Origin: an uncultured Chloroflexia bacterium
GTDB lineage: Bacteria > Chloroflexota > Chloroflexia > QHBQ01 > JADMIH01
Direction of reading: 5' to 3'
DNA length: 64,000 nt
Assembly (NCBI GenBank): GCA_963797095.1
Contig: CAWCNY010000005.1
Coordinates: 96,001-160,000, forward strand
A program made the position numbers and the translations under genes. Each line of letters opens with the position of its first letter. Positions within the stretch are counted from its first letter, which is position 1. Of the stretch, positions 18,690-29,771 are shown one piece after another. Under the pieces are notes generated by a model. The model did no database searches. It was not told the DNA's origin and was given only the letters and a program-made list of their open reading frames with translations.

Positions 18690-19382
18690 CTAGCTTGCGC
18701 CTTCCTCACCTGCTTCGGTTTCTGAATGGCCCGTCTCGGCTTCCTCAACCTCGGCTCCCGTTTCAATGGCAGCCTCGGCTTCAGCAGCTTCTTCGACCTC
18801 TTCCACGGCAAGTGGCATCTGGGTAATTTTGACAACCAGGTCATCGGGATTGCTGAGCAGAGTTACGTCATCAGGCAGCGTTAGGTCACGAACGTGTATC
18901 GCCTGGTCAACTTCGGTCAGGCCGCTGATATCTACTTCGATCAAGGACGGCACATTGGCCGGTAGGGTCTTCAAAGTGATATGTTCGGTCTGGTGAAGCA
19001 AAAGCCCTTCGCGGCTGCGCACGATGGGCGACTCGCCCACCGGCACCAGGCGCACATTTACGGTGATTTCCTCGAGTAGGTTGACCTCAAGGAAGTCGAC
19101 GTGCGTCAACTGGTAGTTGAGCGGGTTGCGCTGCACTTCATGAATGAAGACCTTATGGGGCGTGCCGCCGTCGCCGATAGAGAGATCGATCAACGCGGAG
19201 GTGCCTGCACGCAAATATGTGCGCTCAAAATCCCGCCTGCGAACCTGTAAGGTATGCGGTTCCAACTTCTGGCCGTAGAGCACCGCAGGTATCAAGTTCC
19301 TGCGCCTCAGCTGTTTGCTCCTCTTGCCGGTAAGCTCGCGTGGCTCAGCCACTATCGAGAAAGTCTTGTCGTCTTTTGCCAT
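18690..19382 (-). CDS. rplY: 50S ribosomal protein L25/Ctc
   Basis: LRR..LIPAVLYG, EVQRNP, HVDF, C-terminal beta domain, acidic tail. Confidence 0.95.
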   Translation of the reverse strand: MAKDDKTFSIVAEPRELTGKRSKQLRRRNLIPAVLYGQKLEPHTLQVRRRDFERTYLRAGTSALIDLSIGDGGTPHKVFIHEVQRNPLNYQLTHVDFLEVNLLEEITVNVRLVPVGESPIVRSREGLLLHQTEHITLKTLPANVPSLIEVDISGLTEVDQAIHVRDLTLPDDVTLLSNPDDLVVKITQMPLAVEEVEEAAEAEAAIETGAEVEEAETGHSETEAGEEGAS

Positions 19383-19411
19383 CTGGTATTATTACCTCCT
19401 GGTCAGCGCAA

Positions 19412-19570
19412 GGGCGGGTTTTGACCCGCCCCGTACATGAATCTATCTATTATACTCTAAAACCACTGTACCTGACCGCCCAGGCGCAAGATTCACGCCT
19501 CAAGGCATCCCGCTGAACATGGAGAAGGCAAACGGAAGGGCGGGTTTGGAACGAAACCCGCCCTTCCGTT
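19412..19570. repeat. Two GGGCGGGTTT..ACCCGCCC palindromes (REP-like); the second doubles as a terminator
   Basis: 19412-19431 GGGCGGGTTTTGACCCGCCC; 19531-19570 AACGGAAGGGCGGGTTT-GGAACG-AAACCCGCCCTTCCGTT. Confidence 0.6.
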
Positions 19571-19585
19571 GACTGAGCACTTATC

Positions 19586-20758
19586 TTATTTCGCTCTCTG
19601 AAGCGATTTGGTCTTGTCGATTACTGACTGGGTGGACTCGGGGTCAAACGCGTGCATCTTGTCCATGTTGAAGGCCACGTCCAGAATATAGCCGGGCTGG
19701 ACGGTCGTGCGATCGTCAACTCGGGAAATCAGGGAATTCTGGCCGTTGAGCAGATAGAGATAAACCTCGCTGCCCATAGGCTCGACCACATCAACGCGCG
19801 TGCGCACAGAGACCAGGTCTTCAGGGCTTTCATCTTCATCGAGCATTCCCTGGGCAAACCGCGCATCGTGTATATCCTGGGGGCGCAAGCCAAAGATCAG
19901 CTGCTTGCCGGCGTAAGGTTCGATATCGTCCTTGAACCTGCTCGGCACACGCAGTTTCATGCCGGCGTCCTGGCCCGCCGTGCCGGGACTCACAAAGTAG
20001 ATTTCGCCCTCCGACTGTTCTACATTCATCGTGAGCAGATTCATAGCCGGGGAGCCGATGAACCCGGCTACGAAGATGTTCGACGGATTCGTGAAGAGGC
20101 GATGTGGGGTATCCACTTGCTGCAGAACGCCATCCTTCATCACGGCGATGCGGTCGCCCATGGTCATGGCTTCCACCTGGTCGTGGGTCACGTACACAGT
20201 GGTGGTTTGCAAGCGCTGGTGGAGTTTGTTCAATTCGGCGCGGGTAGAAACGCGCATCTTCGCGTCGAGGTTGGAAAGAGGCTCGTCCATGAGGAACACT
20301 TGCGGCTCGCGCACGATAGCGCGACCAAGCGCGACACGCTGCCTCTGGCCGCCTGAAAGCTGTCTGGGCTTGCGTGCCAGGAGGTGCTTGATGCCGAGGC
20401 TGTCGGCAACCTCTTCAACTCTCTTCCTGATCTGATCGCCCGGCATTCGGCGCAACTTGAGCGCGAAAGCCATGTTATCAAACACATTCATGTGGGGGTA
20501 GAGCGCGTAGTTCTGGAACACCATGGCGATGTCGCGGTCTTTGGGGGCAACATTGTTGACTACGCGTCCCCCTATCGACACTGTTCCGCCGGAAATATCC
20601 TCCAGACCGGCGATCATGCGTAACGCCGTTGACTTTCCGCAACCGGATGGCCCGACCAATACCATGAACTCTTTATCTCTGACTTCGAGGTCCAGGTCCG
20701 GGATCACGGTAACGTTGCCGTAACGCTTGACGACACTGTCGAATACTACATTTGCCAT
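19586..20758 (-). CDS. msmX: Carbohydrate ABC transporter ATP-binding protein (MalK/MsmX/UgpC family), stand-alone
   Basis: GPSGCGKST, VFQNYALYPHM, LSGGQRQR, DEPLSNLD, TOBE domain. Confidence 0.92.
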   Translation of the reverse strand: MANVVFDSVVKRYGNVTVIPDLDLEVRDKEFMVLVGPSGCGKSTALRMIAGLEDISGGTVSIGGRVVNNVAPKDRDIAMVFQNYALYPHMNVFDNMAFALKLRRMPGDQIRKRVEEVADSLGIKHLLARKPRQLSGGQRQRVALGRAIVREPQVFLMDEPLSNLDAKMRVSTRAELNKLHQRLQTTTVYVTHDQVEAMTMGDRIAVMKDGVLQQVDTPHRLFTNPSNIFVAGFIGSPAMNLLTMNVEQSEGEIYFVSPGTAGQDAGMKLRVPSRFKDDIEPYAGKQLIFGLRPQDIHDARFAQGMLDEDESPEDLVSVRTRVDVVEPMGSEVYLYLLNGQNSLISRVDDRTTVQPGYILDVAFNMDKMHAFDPESTQSVIDKTKSLQRAK

Positions 20759-20852
20759 GTGTAGCCTCCCATCTTAGTAAATCAAAAATACAAGGCCCAA
20801 GCTCGAATATGGAAAACCAATGAATAGTAAGTTGACTGCCGAAGGCGTTGAA

Positions 20853-21866
20853 CTAATCTCCGCCTTCAAGGGCATCTCTTAGCACCTCCAGATTTTCGAG
20901 GGCCATGCCGGTGCCTATGGCAACGCAGGCAAGGGGATTGTCGGCCACAAAACAAGGTATGCCTGTCACCTGCGTCATCAGTTCATCTATGTGGCGGAGG
21001 AGCGCACCGCCACCAGTCATAACCATGCCGCGATCAATGATGTCTGAGGCCAATTCAGGCGGCGTCCGCTCCAACACGCTCCGCACTGCTCCCACTATTG
21101 CCTCAAGAGGCTCAGCGATGGCCTCTACTACCTCGTTGGTCCTAACTTCAATCGTGCGGGGGAGACCGGCCACCTGGTCGCGTCCTCTGACCTCCATGGT
21201 CAATTCATCTTCGGGTTCCAGGGGTAGGGCACTGCCGAGGTTGACCTTAAGCTCCTCTGCTGTCCGATCTCCGATTAGGAGATTATACTTGCGTTTTATG
21301 TAAGATGCAATAGCTTGGTCCAGTTTATCCCCGCCTACGCGGATGGAATTGCTGACAACGATGCCATTGAGGGCGATCACGGCCACTTCGGTCGTGCCTC
21401 CGCCGATGTCGATCACCATGCTGCCAGTCGGTGAATCGACAGGCACACGCGCCCCGATGGCCGCAGCCAGAGGCTCGCCAATCAAGTAGGCTGCCTGCGC
21501 ACCTGCTTGCATGGCAGCGTCGCGGACGGCTCGCTGCTCTACGCTGGTCACGCCCGCCGGGATGCAGATCATCACCTTGGGCTTGAACATGCTGAAGCGC
21601 CCTGTAGACTTGGCGATGAACGCTTTGAGCATCGCCTCGGTTACGAGGTAGTCTGAGATCACACCGTTTTGCAGCGGGCGCACCACCTCCACGGTATCAG
21701 GCGTTCTGCCCAGCATATCGTAGGCCGAGCGGCCAACAGCTTTGACGCGTCCGTCCTTGGTAGAAATGGCAACTACGGAAGGTTCGTTCAAGACGATCCC
21801 CTTCCCTCGCACAAAAACGAGGCAATTGGCTGTGCCAAGGTCGATACCAATTGCCCGCTGAAACAT
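20853..21866 (-). CDS. mreB: Rod shape-determining actin homolog (MreB/Mbl)
   Basis: [40 protein letters not shown]. Confidence 0.95.
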   Translation of the reverse strand: MFQRAIGIDLGTANCLVFVRGKGIVLNEPSVVAISTKDGRVKAVGRSAYDMLGRTPDTVEVVRPLQNGVISDYLVTEAMLKAFIAKSTGRFSMFKPKVMICIPAGVTSVEQRAVRDAAMQAGAQAAYLIGEPLAAAIGARVPVDSPTGSMVIDIGGGTTEVAVIALNGIVVSNSIRVGGDKLDQAIASYIKRKYNLLIGDRTAEELKVNLGSALPLEPEDELTMEVRGRDQVAGLPRTIEVRTNEVVEAIAEPLEAIVGAVRSVLERTPPELASDIIDRGMVMTGGGALLRHIDELMTQVTGIPCFVADNPLACVAIGTGMALENLEVLRDALEGGD

Positions 21867-21876
21867 CGCCAAGTGC

Positions 21877-22302
21877 CTAGCTCTCCTCTCTCCGCAAGCG
21901 TTTGCGCTTGGCTCCTACTCGAAGTCTTAGTGAGGCAAGACGCAGGGCTGCCTCGGCGGCACCTGCTTCGCCCAGTCTGTCTTTGTTTCTAAGCAACTCC
22001 TCGGCGCGGGCGCGTGCTTGCTCGGCAGCCGCCACGTCGATCTCCTCAGAGTGCTCGGCTGCGTCGGCGAGGATTGTCACCTTGCCGTTCAGCACTTCCA
22101 TGAAACCGCCCGCGATCACGATGCTTTGCTCATCTGAACCCTTCTTCACACGTAATTCGCCTATTTCAAGTACAGTGATTAGAGGAGCATGGCGCGGCAG
22201 GATACCTACTTCGCCATCCACCGAAGGGGCAACAACCATATCAACATTGTCATCAAGGAGTACCTGCCTTTCGGCAGTCACGATCTCAAGTGTCAGTGGC
22301 AT
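21877..22302 (-). CDS. atpC: ATP synthase epsilon subunit
   Basis: [26 protein letters not shown]. Confidence 0.96.
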   Translation of the reverse strand: MPLTLEIVTAERQVLLDDNVDMVVAPSVDGEVGILPRHAPLITVLEIGELRVKKGSDEQSIVIAGGFMEVLNGKVTILADAAEHSEEIDVAAAEQARARAEELLRNKDRLGEAGAAEAALRLASLRLRVGAKRKRLRREES

Positions 22303-22429
22303 AACAACCTCCAGACCCGAACCATTATATCAAAACGGGGCGAAGCCGCCTTACGGCCAAGCCCCATCTCGATATCGGATTTTAGATTTGGGATCTTCGA
22401 TGATCCTTACTAAAATCCGCAATCCCAAC

Positions 22430-23929
<1,500 letters not shown>

Positions 23930-24844
23930 TTACCCGGTCAGAGCCGCCGCACCGGACGACACTTCTATGATCTCTCTTGTGATATTTGCTTGCCGTAGCT
24001 TGTTGTACGCCAGGGTTAGCTCCGATATCATTTCTTTGGCATTCTCGGTGGCGTTGCGCATGGCTACCATCTGCGCGCTCTGGAAAGAGGCCACGTGTTC
24101 CAGATATGCTTGGTAGATCCTCACCTCGATATACCTGGGGACAAGCGCCTCCAATACGGATCGCTGGCTCGGCTCAAATATGAACTCGGTATTGCTCTCG
24201 CCGCCCGTCATAATATCGCTGTCGTCGCCTGGGAGCGATCTCTCTTCACCCGCCTCGCCCGCATCCACAGGTAGCAACCTGTAAACAGTGGGAATTTGCG
24301 TGAGCGTGTTCTTGAAGTCTGTGTATATTATGTAAACTGCATCCACGCGACCGCTAAGATATTCCTCGGTGGCAACACGCGCCACCGGATAAATATCCTT
24401 CACAAGCGGTCTATCGCCCAGCCCGAGGAATTCTGCCGTGATAGGCCTGCCGGTACGCAGCATGAAATCGCGGCCCTTCTTGCCCATAGCTATGATGCTC
24501 ACGGGCACCTGGGCCTCGGTATTGATGAAGCGCAACGCACGCCTGATCACATTGGTGTTGAGAGCGCCCGCAAGGCCACGGTCTCCAGTGATCAATATAA
24601 CGCCTATGTTCTTGACGGGCCGTCCTTGCAAAAGGGGCGGTACTGCCTCGTCCTGAGTACCGGCCACCTTCGCGGCGAGGCTGTGCATTACCTCCGCGAT
24701 CTTGCGAGCGTAGGGGCGCCCGGCCTGCACTGCAAGCTGGGCGCGCCTCATGCGAGAGGCGGCTACCATCTCCATTGCGCGAGTGATCTGGGACACGTTC
24801 TTTGCCGAAGTTATGCGGCGTCGGATTTCTCTTGTACTTGGCAT
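23930..24844 (-). CDS. atpG: ATP synthase gamma subunit
   Basis: QITRAMEMVAAS, DRGLAG, MVAMRNATENA, RQANITREI. Confidence 0.98.
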   Translation of the reverse strand: MPSTREIRRRITSAKNVSQITRAMEMVAASRMRRAQLAVQAGRPYARKIAEVMHSLAAKVAGTQDEAVPPLLQGRPVKNIGVILITGDRGLAGALNTNVIRRALRFINTEAQVPVSIIAMGKKGRDFMLRTGRPITAEFLGLGDRPLVKDIYPVARVATEEYLSGRVDAVYIIYTDFKNTLTQIPTVYRLLPVDAGEAGEERSLPGDDSDIMTGGESNTEFIFEPSQRSVLEALVPRYIEVRIYQAYLEHVASFQSAQMVAMRNATENAKEMISELTLAYNKLRQANITREIIEVSSGAAALTG

Positions 24845-24850
24845 ATCTTT

Positions 24851-24917
24851 ATTTCGGATTTTGGATTCGAGATTTCGGATTTGGTCGGGCTAAAGCTGCA
24901 ATCCGAGATCCAAATTC
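24851..24917. repeat. Heptamer (GATTTCG-like) repeats with inverted copies, atpA-atpG spacer
   Basis: atttcgg attttgg attcgag atttcgg attt ... aatccga gatccaa; a related array lies at 22371-22429. Confidence 0.6.
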
Positions 24918-26449
24918 TAGAAGCTGACTGTTCGCTTGAACTCGCCGATGGCTTTCTTGAGCGCCTCGATAGTTTCGTCGCTCAGGCGCTTTTCCTTCGT
25001 GATAGTGTCAAGTATCTCGGCGTGGGCCGTCTTCATGAAATCGTGGAACTGGGCCTCCCACGAGCGTACATTCTCTATTTTGGTGTCGTCAAGAAGGCCG
25101 TTGGTCACAGCGTAGATGATCGCAACCTGTTGTGCAACAGGCAGCGGATTGTACTGGACCTGCTTCAGCACTTCCTGGATTCGGAGGCCCCTATCAAGCT
25201 GTGCCCTGGTGGCTTTGTCGAGGTCTGACCCGAACTGTGCGAACGCCGCCAGGTCGCGGAACTGCGCCATGTCGAGCTTGAGGCGGCCTGCTACCTGCCG
25301 GTAGGCTCTGATCTGCGCGTCGCCACCCACGCGGCTAACCGAAATACCGACGTTGATGGCGGGCCTGATGCCTGCATAGAAGAGATCAGGCTCAAGGAAT
25401 ATCTGTCCATCTGTGATTGAGATCACGTTGGTTGGGATATAAGCCGACACGTCGTTGGCCTGTGTCTCAATTATGGGAAGAGCCGTCAGCGAGCCGCCGC
25501 CGTATTTCTCGCCCATGCGGGCAGCCCTCTCCAGGAGGCGCGAGTGGAGATAGAACACGTCGCCGGGATATGCCTCGCGTCCGGGGGGACGCCGCAGCAG
25601 CAGCGACATCTGGCGGTATGCCCACGCGTGCTTGCTGAGGTCATCGTAAACGATGAGCGCATCTCTACCCTGCTCCATAAACTCCTCGCCCATCGCGCAG
25701 CCAGCGAAAGGAGCCAGGTACTGGAGGGGCGCAGGTTCGGCTGCCGAGGCGGCCACCACGATGGTGTGGTCCATTGCACCGTACCGCTCGAGGGTCGCCA
25801 CAGTCTGTGCAATCGCCGACGACTTCTGGCCGATGGCGACATAAATGCACAGCATGTCCTGGCCCTTCTGGTTGATGATAGTATCGAGGGCGATGGCGCT
25901 CTTGCCCGTCTGGCGGTCGCCTATGATCAACTCGCGCTGCCCGCGCCCGATAGGGGTCATGGCGTCGATAGCCTTGATACCCGTCTGCACGGGGGTGTCC
26001 ACGTTCTGGCGATACACCACACCCGGAGCGATACGCTCGACCGGGCGCGTCTTGATGTCGCCAGGCAGGTCGCCCTTGCCGTCTATTGGCTGGCCAAGGG
26101 CGTTCACCACCCGGCCTAGAAGAGCGTCACCAACGGGCACCTCTACGATGCGCCCGGTAGTTCTGACCGTGTCGCCTTCTTCGATGTCGGTATAGGGGCC
26201 CAGGATAACTACGCCCACCAACTCTTCTTCGAGGTTGAGAGCCATGCCCATCACCGAGCCGCGCTCTCCGTCGGCTTCGAATTCGAACTCGACAAGCTCT
26301 GAGGACATAACGCTCGACAGACCATGGACACGGGCGATGCCGTCGCCGATCTCTACAACCGTGCCGACATTGACGGAGCGCACGGGCTGGCCGAAGCTTT
26401 CTATTTCTTTCTGTATGATTGAGCTGATTTCTTCTGCTCTAAGTGCCAT
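24917..26449 (-). CDS. atpA: ATP synthase alpha subunit
   Basis: [34 protein letters not shown]. Confidence 0.99.
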   Translation of the reverse strand: MALRAEEISSIIQKEIESFGQPVRSVNVGTVVEIGDGIARVHGLSSVMSSELVEFEFEADGERGSVMGMALNLEEELVGVVILGPYTDIEEGDTVRTTGRIVEVPVGDALLGRVVNALGQPIDGKGDLPGDIKTRPVERIAPGVVYRQNVDTPVQTGIKAIDAMTPIGRGQRELIIGDRQTGKSAIALDTIINQKGQDMLCIYVAIGQKSSAIAQTVATLERYGAMDHTIVVAASAAEPAPLQYLAPFAGCAMGEEFMEQGRDALIVYDDLSKHAWAYRQMSLLLRRPPGREAYPGDVFYLHSRLLERAARMGEKYGGGSLTALPIIETQANDVSAYIPTNVISITDGQIFLEPDLFYAGIRPAINVGISVSRVGGDAQIRAYRQVAGRLKLDMAQFRDLAAFAQFGSDLDKATRAQLDRGLRIQEVLKQVQYNPLPVAQQVAIIYAVTNGLLDDTKIENVRSWEAQFHDFMKTAHAEILDTITKEKRLSDETIEALKKAIGEFKRTVSF

Positions 26450-26464
26450 GTTTCCCTCCAACCG

Positions 26465-26530
26465 GGACGATGGACGGGGGACGAAAGACGAAGGTGCTTA
26501 CTTTCATCTTTCGACGTTCGCCGCTCGCCA
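26465..26530. repeat. Heptamer (GGACGAW-like) repeats with inverted copies, atpH-atpA spacer
   Basis: ggacgat ggacggg ggacgaa agacgaa ... tttcatc tttcgac gttcgcc gctcgcc. Confidence 0.6.
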
Positions 26531-26534
26531 CTCC

Positions 26535-27071
26535 TTAAGTCAGTCTTTCAGCCAGTTCCGCCAGGCGCGTAGCGACGCTCGCATCTATCAATTCGTCACC
26601 GATGCGCGTGATTATTCCACCGAGGATGCGGGGATCGGTATTGGTGCGCAGTTGCACGGTCTTGCCGGTGATCCGGGCCAACTGTTCGGCCACGCGCTTC
26701 TGGTGAGCGGGGTCCAACGGCACAGCGCTGGTCACCTCGGCGATGATGATCCCCATCTCTTTGTTATACATCTCGCCGAAGACCTCAACGATCCTGGGGA
26801 GAAGCGACAAGCGTTGGCGCTGGGCCAGCAAGCGCAACAGGTTGGCGGCCAAGGGGCTTACCTTCTTGGTGGCGATTACATCGTCGATGATCTTGGACCG
26901 GGCGGTATCGGTCATCTTGGGGTCTTCGAGGGCATCGACGGTCAATTCGCTTCCGAACAAGGAGTTGAGCGTGGCAAGGTCGGCCTTCCACTCGTCGAGG
27001 GTGCCTTTTTCTTTTGCCAGGTCGAATACTGCCTGCGCGTACCTGCGCGCGGCGGCTCCACGCGTTGCCAT
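26535..27071 (-). CDS. atpH: ATP synthase delta subunit
   Basis: ARRYAQAVF, VTSAVPL, DPRILGGIITRIGD..IDAS. Confidence 0.96.
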   Translation of the reverse strand: MATRGAAARRYAQAVFDLAKEKGTLDEWKADLATLNSLFGSELTVDALEDPKMTDTARSKIIDDVIATKKVSPLAANLLRLLAQRQRLSLLPRIVEVFGEMYNKEMGIIIAEVTSAVPLDPAHQKRVAEQLARITGKTVQLRTNTDPRILGGIITRIGDELIDASVATRLAELAERLT

Positions 27072-27072
27072 G

Positions 27073-27573
27073 CTATTTCCTCGCTTGCTCGGCTTCGGCC
27101 AGCGCCTCATCTACCAGCCGGTAATGGTCCTGGCTGTCCAGCGACTTGCCAACCACGCGGCTGGCGGCCATGATCGCTAACCGGGCCACTTCGTGCTGTA
27201 GTTCTTCTTTGGCGCGCTGGGTGTCGGTTTGGATCTGGGCGTGCGCATCGGCCAGCAGTTTTTCGCGCAGCTCTCGTGCCTCCGATTGGGCGGCAGAGAT
27301 AGTGCGCTGGCTGATCTGGTTAGCCTGTGCAAGCATGTCACGCACCTGGCCCTGCGCCTCCGTGATGATATGCTCGGCCTTCTTGGCAGCTTCCTGATTG
27401 GCGACCTTGATGCTCTCGGCCTGCTCCATGCTCTCACGGATGCGGTTCGCCCTGTCGTCCAGCATCTTTATGATGGGCGCATAAGCGAACCGGTAGAGCA
27501 GAACGATCAGCACCAGAAAGGCCAGGCACTGCCAGATCAGGTTGCCCCATAAGATACCTAATTGCTCAAACAT
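27073..27573 (-). CDS. atpF: ATP synthase Fo subunit b
   Basis: N-terminal TM helix, PIIKMLDDR, coiled coil. Confidence 0.95.
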   Translation of the reverse strand: MFEQLGILWGNLIWQCLAFLVLIVLLYRFAYAPIIKMLDDRANRIRESMEQAESIKVANQEAAKKAEHIITEAQGQVRDMLAQANQISQRTISAAQSEARELREKLLADAHAQIQTDTQRAKEELQHEVARLAIMAASRVVGKSLDSQDHYRLVDEALAEAEQARK

Positions 27574-27597
27574 TGGCGTCTGTCCTTTACGCTATGT

Positions 27598-27665
27598 GGA
27601 CGATAGACGATGACCGGTGGACGGCATAACTGCTTTCGTCTTTCGCCTTCCGTCCTTCGTCTTTC
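27598..27665. repeat. Heptamer repeats with inverted copies, atpE-atpF spacer
   Basis: ggacgat agacgat ... tttcgtc tttcgcc ttccgtc cttcgtc. Confidence 0.6.
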
Positions 27666-27677
27666 CCCTGTAAAGCA

Positions 27678-27956
27678 CTAGCCAACGAAGATGATGACCA
27701 GGGCCACCACGAGGGCGTAAATAGCGACCGCTTCGGCGAAGCCGAGACCCAGGATCGCCATTGTACGCACAGGACCTTCAGCGTCCGGGTTGCGGCCAAT
27801 GGCCTGGACCGCGCCCCATGTGCCGATGCCCAGACCGACGCCAGGGCCAATGCCACCAAGACCGATGGCAAGCCCGGCAGCGATCAACTTCATCGCGTGT
27901 ACCGTGTTGTCATTGTCCGCAGTCTGCTGCAATATGCTCAAAAGAACTGGATTCAC
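27678..27956 (-). CDS. atpE: ATP synthase Fo subunit c (H+-type)
   Basis: GxGxGxG motif, GRNP loop, FAEAVAIY; GTG start after GAGGAGG. Confidence 0.95.
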   Translation of the reverse strand: MNPVLLSILQQTADNDNTVHAMKLIAAGLAIGLGGIGPGVGLGIGTWGAVQAIGRNPDAEGPVRTMAILGLGFAEAVAIYALVVALVIIFVG

Positions 27957-28130
27957 CTGTTTGTCTCCTCCTCTTCGTGGTTGCTTACGGTTGTCCACCC
28001 TTGTGGGCGGTTGCCTATTGGCTCCTTATTGAGCCGGAAAGCCGGTAGGCCTTCCAATTCTCACTGTATTGCTTCTCACCGTGCTAGACCGACGACGAAA
28101 GTTCCTGGATAGTTATTCTCCCGAGTGCCT

Positions 28131-29162
28131 CTATGTATCGCTCTTTGGCTCCGTGCCGGTTGGTTCTGCACCGTTTGACTTCCTGGTTGGCAGGTTTTCC
28201 TGGCCGCTTAGAATGCGGCCTATATGCTGTCCAGCTGCCTCTACAGAACCTACCGGCGCTGCATGCTCCTCATGCTCTGCGCCCGCGTGCCCGGCCACCG
28301 CCGTCGAAATGAATACCAGGGTGAGGATCGAGAAGAGCAGGGCCTGGATCAGCCCGAAGAGCAGTTCGATCCCCAGGAAGATAAAAGTGGCGAAGCCGGC
28401 GAACAGCGATCCCAACAGGGCATACATAACTGTCACCAGCACCTCACCGCCGAAGATATTGCCGAACAAACGGAAGCTAAGAGAGATTACACGCGAAATC
28501 TCGCTTATGATGTGGATCGGAGCCAGGAATATCGGAGTTGAAAGCTCCTTTATGTATCCGCCAACGCCGTGCGCCGCCACACCCGCCACCTGTACTATAC
28601 CCACCGCCAGCAAAGCCATAGCCAGTGTCATATTGAGGTCGGCGTTAGGGGCACGGAAGAAAGGCACGAATTCAGTGCCCTCCGGGCAATATCCTGCCGA
28701 TTCAGGCGTCGGAAGACCGCCACTTGAGGCTGCTTCCGGCGTGGCGCTCGTAGCAACGCCTTCGCCGCCCGTTCCGCCTTCGGCAGGTGTGACGACCGCA
28801 GTCTCACGCCTCGCGCAACCGCCGACTGTGCCAATCCCCGGCAAAAGGCCGGAATAATTTGCGACCAGGATGAAGATAAAGAGGGTGGCAATCAACGGGA
28901 AGATACGGCGTCCAACTCGCTTGCCCGCAGTACCTTCGGTGATGCCAAGAAGAAGCTCGACAATAGACTCGGCCAGGTTTTGCGCGCCTGAGGGCACCAG
29001 CTTCATCATGCGGGTCGCCAGGAAAAAGAATAGGGCAATCCCCGCTACGACCAGCACAGTCTGGAGCATAGAGTTGGTGACGGTTAGATTTCCCCAGGGA
29101 AAGGGAATATCAAACAGGCCTTCTGCCTTGATGCTAATCGGTGGTAGTACAGTCTGTCCCAT
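28131..29162 (-). CDS. atpB: ATP synthase Fo subunit a
   Basis: QNLAE, PNADLNMTLA, SLSFRLFGNIFGGE, IQAL.F. Confidence 0.96.
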   Translation of the reverse strand: MGQTVLPPISIKAEGLFDIPFPWGNLTVTNSMLQTVLVVAGIALFFFLATRMMKLVPSGAQNLAESIVELLLGITEGTAGKRVGRRIFPLIATLFIFILVANYSGLLPGIGTVGGCARRETAVVTPAEGGTGGEGVATSATPEAASSGGLPTPESAGYCPEGTEFVPFFRAPNADLNMTLAMALLAVGIVQVAGVAAHGVGGYIKELSTPIFLAPIHIISEISRVISLSFRLFGNIFGGEVLVTVMYALLGSLFAGFATFIFLGIELLFGLIQALLFSILTLVFISTAVAGHAGAEHEEHAAPVGSVEAAGQHIGRILSGQENLPTRKSNGAEPTGTEPKSDT

Positions 29163-29187
29163 GCTCCATCCTCAACAGATTATCGTG

Positions 29188-29556
29188 CTAATGGCCGTTC
29201 TCTTGGGTCCGGCCTCCACGCGGTTCGGTAAGCTCGCGGTCTGGTAGCTCCCGGTCTTGTTCTACTTTATAAGGTGCCTTCGGCTTTCCCACTCCCCTGG
29301 AAGGCGACTTGCGAGTTGGCAGAGTTGCTATCTGGTAAAACACGCCGCCGGCGGTTGCTACACCAAGAAATATGCCAACCAACAAGAGCCAGGGGGTCCA
29401 CCCCAGTTGATTGTCGAGCCAGGCACCACCGCCGATGAAGACCACCATCGGGCAGGCGATGGAAAAACCGAGTTGGGCCACGAGCGCCAGCACGGTCGTC
29501 CACGAGCCTGCATCGTTCCTCTGCTCACCACCGGTGCCGCTCTCACCACTTGCCAT
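29188..29556 (-). CDS. atpZ: AtpZ/AtpI family protein
   Basis: LGFSIACP..IGGGAWLD..GWTPW; first gene of the atp operon. Confidence 0.8.
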   Translation of the reverse strand: MASGESGTGGEQRNDAGSWTTVLALVAQLGFSIACPMVVFIGGGAWLDNQLGWTPWLLLVGIFLGVATAGGVFYQIATLPTRKSPSRGVGKPKAPYKVEQDRELPDRELTEPRGGRTQENGH

Positions 29557-29771
29557 CCAGTGCCCACCTTCTCAGATACTCTAACGATACGATTTCCGGG
29601 CAAGACGGCGCATTATATCATACGGGTTTGCGAGCGGCAAGGCTGCTCTCTGCATCCATTTTGCCCAGATTATATCAGGTAACTCAGACTTTGTCAACTT
29701 TTTCACAAACTTTTGCGGTACGAAAAGAGGACGCATAACTGCGCCCTCTTTTCGCTCGACTATCGCGGCGT

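Noticed and set aside
27678-27956. Na+-translocating ATP synthase
   Set aside because: The c subunit has E-A-V-A-I-Y and lacks the Gln and E-S/T Na+ ligands
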